Shown in pieces: positions 62,193 to 64,000 of a stretch of 64,000 bases of DNA. Location of the stretch: assembly GCA_030390025.1 (NCBI GenBank), contig JASTWF010000033.1:4962001-5026000 (forward strand), given 5' to 3'. Source of the stretch: Squalus acanthias. Taxonomy: Eukaryota. The notes beneath the pieces are model-generated. The model saw only the letters and a list, made by a program, of their open reading frames with translations. It made no database searches and was not told where the DNA came from. Made by a program: the position numbers and the translations under genes. How positions within the stretch are numbered: the first letter of the stretch is position 1; every line of letters starts with the position of its first letter.

Positions 62193-64000
62193 CATAGAAA
62201 AATAGAAACATAGAAAATAGGTGCAGGAGTAGACCATTCGGTCCTTCGAGCCTGCACCGCCATTCAATGCGTTCATGGCTGAACATGCTACCTCAGTGGC
62301 CCATTCCTGCTTTCTCGCAATACCCCTTGATCCCCCTTGATCCCCCTAGTTGTCAGTATTATATCTAACTCCCTTTTGAATATATTTAGCGAACTGGCCT
62401 CAACAACCTTCTGTGGTAGAGAATTCCACAGATTCACCACTCTCTGGGTGAAGAAGTTCCTCCTCATCTCAGTCTTAAATGGCTTCCCCTTTATCCATAG
62501 ACTGTGACCCCTGGTTTTAGTTTTCCCTAACGTTGGAAACATTCTGCCCGCATCTAATTTGTCTAAACCAGTCAGGATTTTAAACGTCTCTGTAAGATCC
62601 CCCCTCATTCTTCTGAACTCCAGAGGATACAAGTTCAGTTGATCCAGGCTTTCTTGATATGTCAGTCTCGCCATCCCAGGAATCAATCTAGTGAACCTTC
62701 GTTGCACTCCCTCAATAGCAAGAATGTCCTTCCTCAAGTTAGGAGACCAAAACTGCACACAATACTCCAGGTGTGGCCTCACCAAGGCCCTGTACAACTG
62801 TAGCATCACCTCCTTACTCCTGTACTCAAATCCCCTTGCTATGAAGGCCATCATGCCATTTGCTTTCTTGACTGCCTGCTGCACTTGCCTTCCCACCTTC
62901 AGTGACTGATGTACCATGACGCCCAGGTCTCGTTGCACCTCCCCTTTCCCTAATCTGCCACCATTCAGGTAATAGTCTGCCTCCCTATTTTTACCACCAA
63001 AGTGGATAACCTCACATTTATCCACATTGTTCTTCATCTGCCATACATTTGCCCATTCACCCAACCTGTCCAAGTCACTCTGTAGCCTCCTAGCATCCTC
63101 CTCATTGTTCACACTGCCTCCCAATTTAGTGTCATCCGCAAATTTGGAGATATTACAATTAATCCCTTCGTCTAAATCATTAATATATAATGTAAACAGC
63201 TGGGGCCCCAGCACCGAACCCTGCGGTACCCCGCTGGTCACTGCCTGCCATTCTGAAAAGTACCCATTTACTCCTACTCTTTGTTTCCTGTGTGCCAACC
63301 AGTTCTCAATCCACGTCAACACATTACCCCCAATCCCATGTGCTTTAACTTTGCACACCAATCTCTTGTGTGGGACCTTGTCGAAGGCCTTCTGAAAGTC
63401 CAAATACACCACATCTACTGGTTCCCCCCCGTCCACCCTATTGGAAACATCCTCAAAAAATTCCAGAAGATTTGTCAAGCATGATTTCCCTTTCACAAAT
63501 CCATGCTGACTTGGACCTATCATGTCGCCACTTTCCAAATGGTCTGTTATGACTTCTTTAATAATTGATTCCATCATTTTACCCACCACTGATGTCAGGC
63601 TGACCGGTCTATAATTCCCTGCTTTCTCCCTCCCTCCTTTTTTAAAAAGAGGGGTTACATTAGCCACCCTCCACTCCTTCGGATCTGAACCAGAGTCTAA
63701 GGAATGTTGGAAAATGATCGTAAATGCATTCACAATTTCCAAGGCCACCTCCTTAAGTACTCTGGGATGCAGACCATCAGGCCCTGGGGATTTATCAGCC
63801 TTCAGTCCCATCAATTTCCCCAACACCTTTTCCCGACTGATAATGATTTCCCTCAGCTCCTCCCTCTTACCAGATCCTTTGATCTATTTTATTTCCGGAA
63901 TGTTGTTTGTGTCCTCCACAGTAAACACCGAACCAAAGTATTTGTTCAATTGATCAGCCATTTCTTTGTTCCCAATTATGACTTCCCCTGTTTCTGACTG
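62193..64000 (-). mobile_element. Young CR1-type LINE, runs off the window end
   Basis: 512-aa RT ORF with intact KFADD; one upstream TAG and a short duplication near the 3' end of the ORF. Confidence 0.95.

Noticed and set aside
62288..63826. 512-aa RT ORF as a host gene or active LINE
   Set aside because: It is an ordinary CR1 ORF2 segment with an upstream in-frame TAG and a frameshifting duplication near its end

Overview
Repeat-rich vertebrate genomic DNA, most likely from a cartilaginous fish (inferred from HER1/CR1-type LINEs, HE1/V-SINE-type SINEs and a GPR139/GPR142-like receptor family). The only host genes are two minus-strand paralogues of a two-exon class A GPCR. Copy 1 is complete: exon 1 at 33268-33202 (missed by the ORF track), a 19,671-bp phase-1 intron, exon 2 at 13530-12623, 324 aa, with a TATA box upstream. 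Copy 2 has exon 2 at 59147-58162 and its exon 1 lies outside the window. The two receptors differ mainly around the predicted ligand pocket. The rest of the window is nested CR1, L2, RTE and Penelope retroelements, SINEs, a probable non-autonomous DNA transposon, and four tandem arrays (29, 18, 18 and 22 bp units; the 22-bp array has a higher-order structure). Penelope termini carry minimal hammerhead-ribozyme motifs. Most ORF-track entries are transposon fragments or satellite artefacts. All alignments and counts were done by eye, and element boundaries are approximate.
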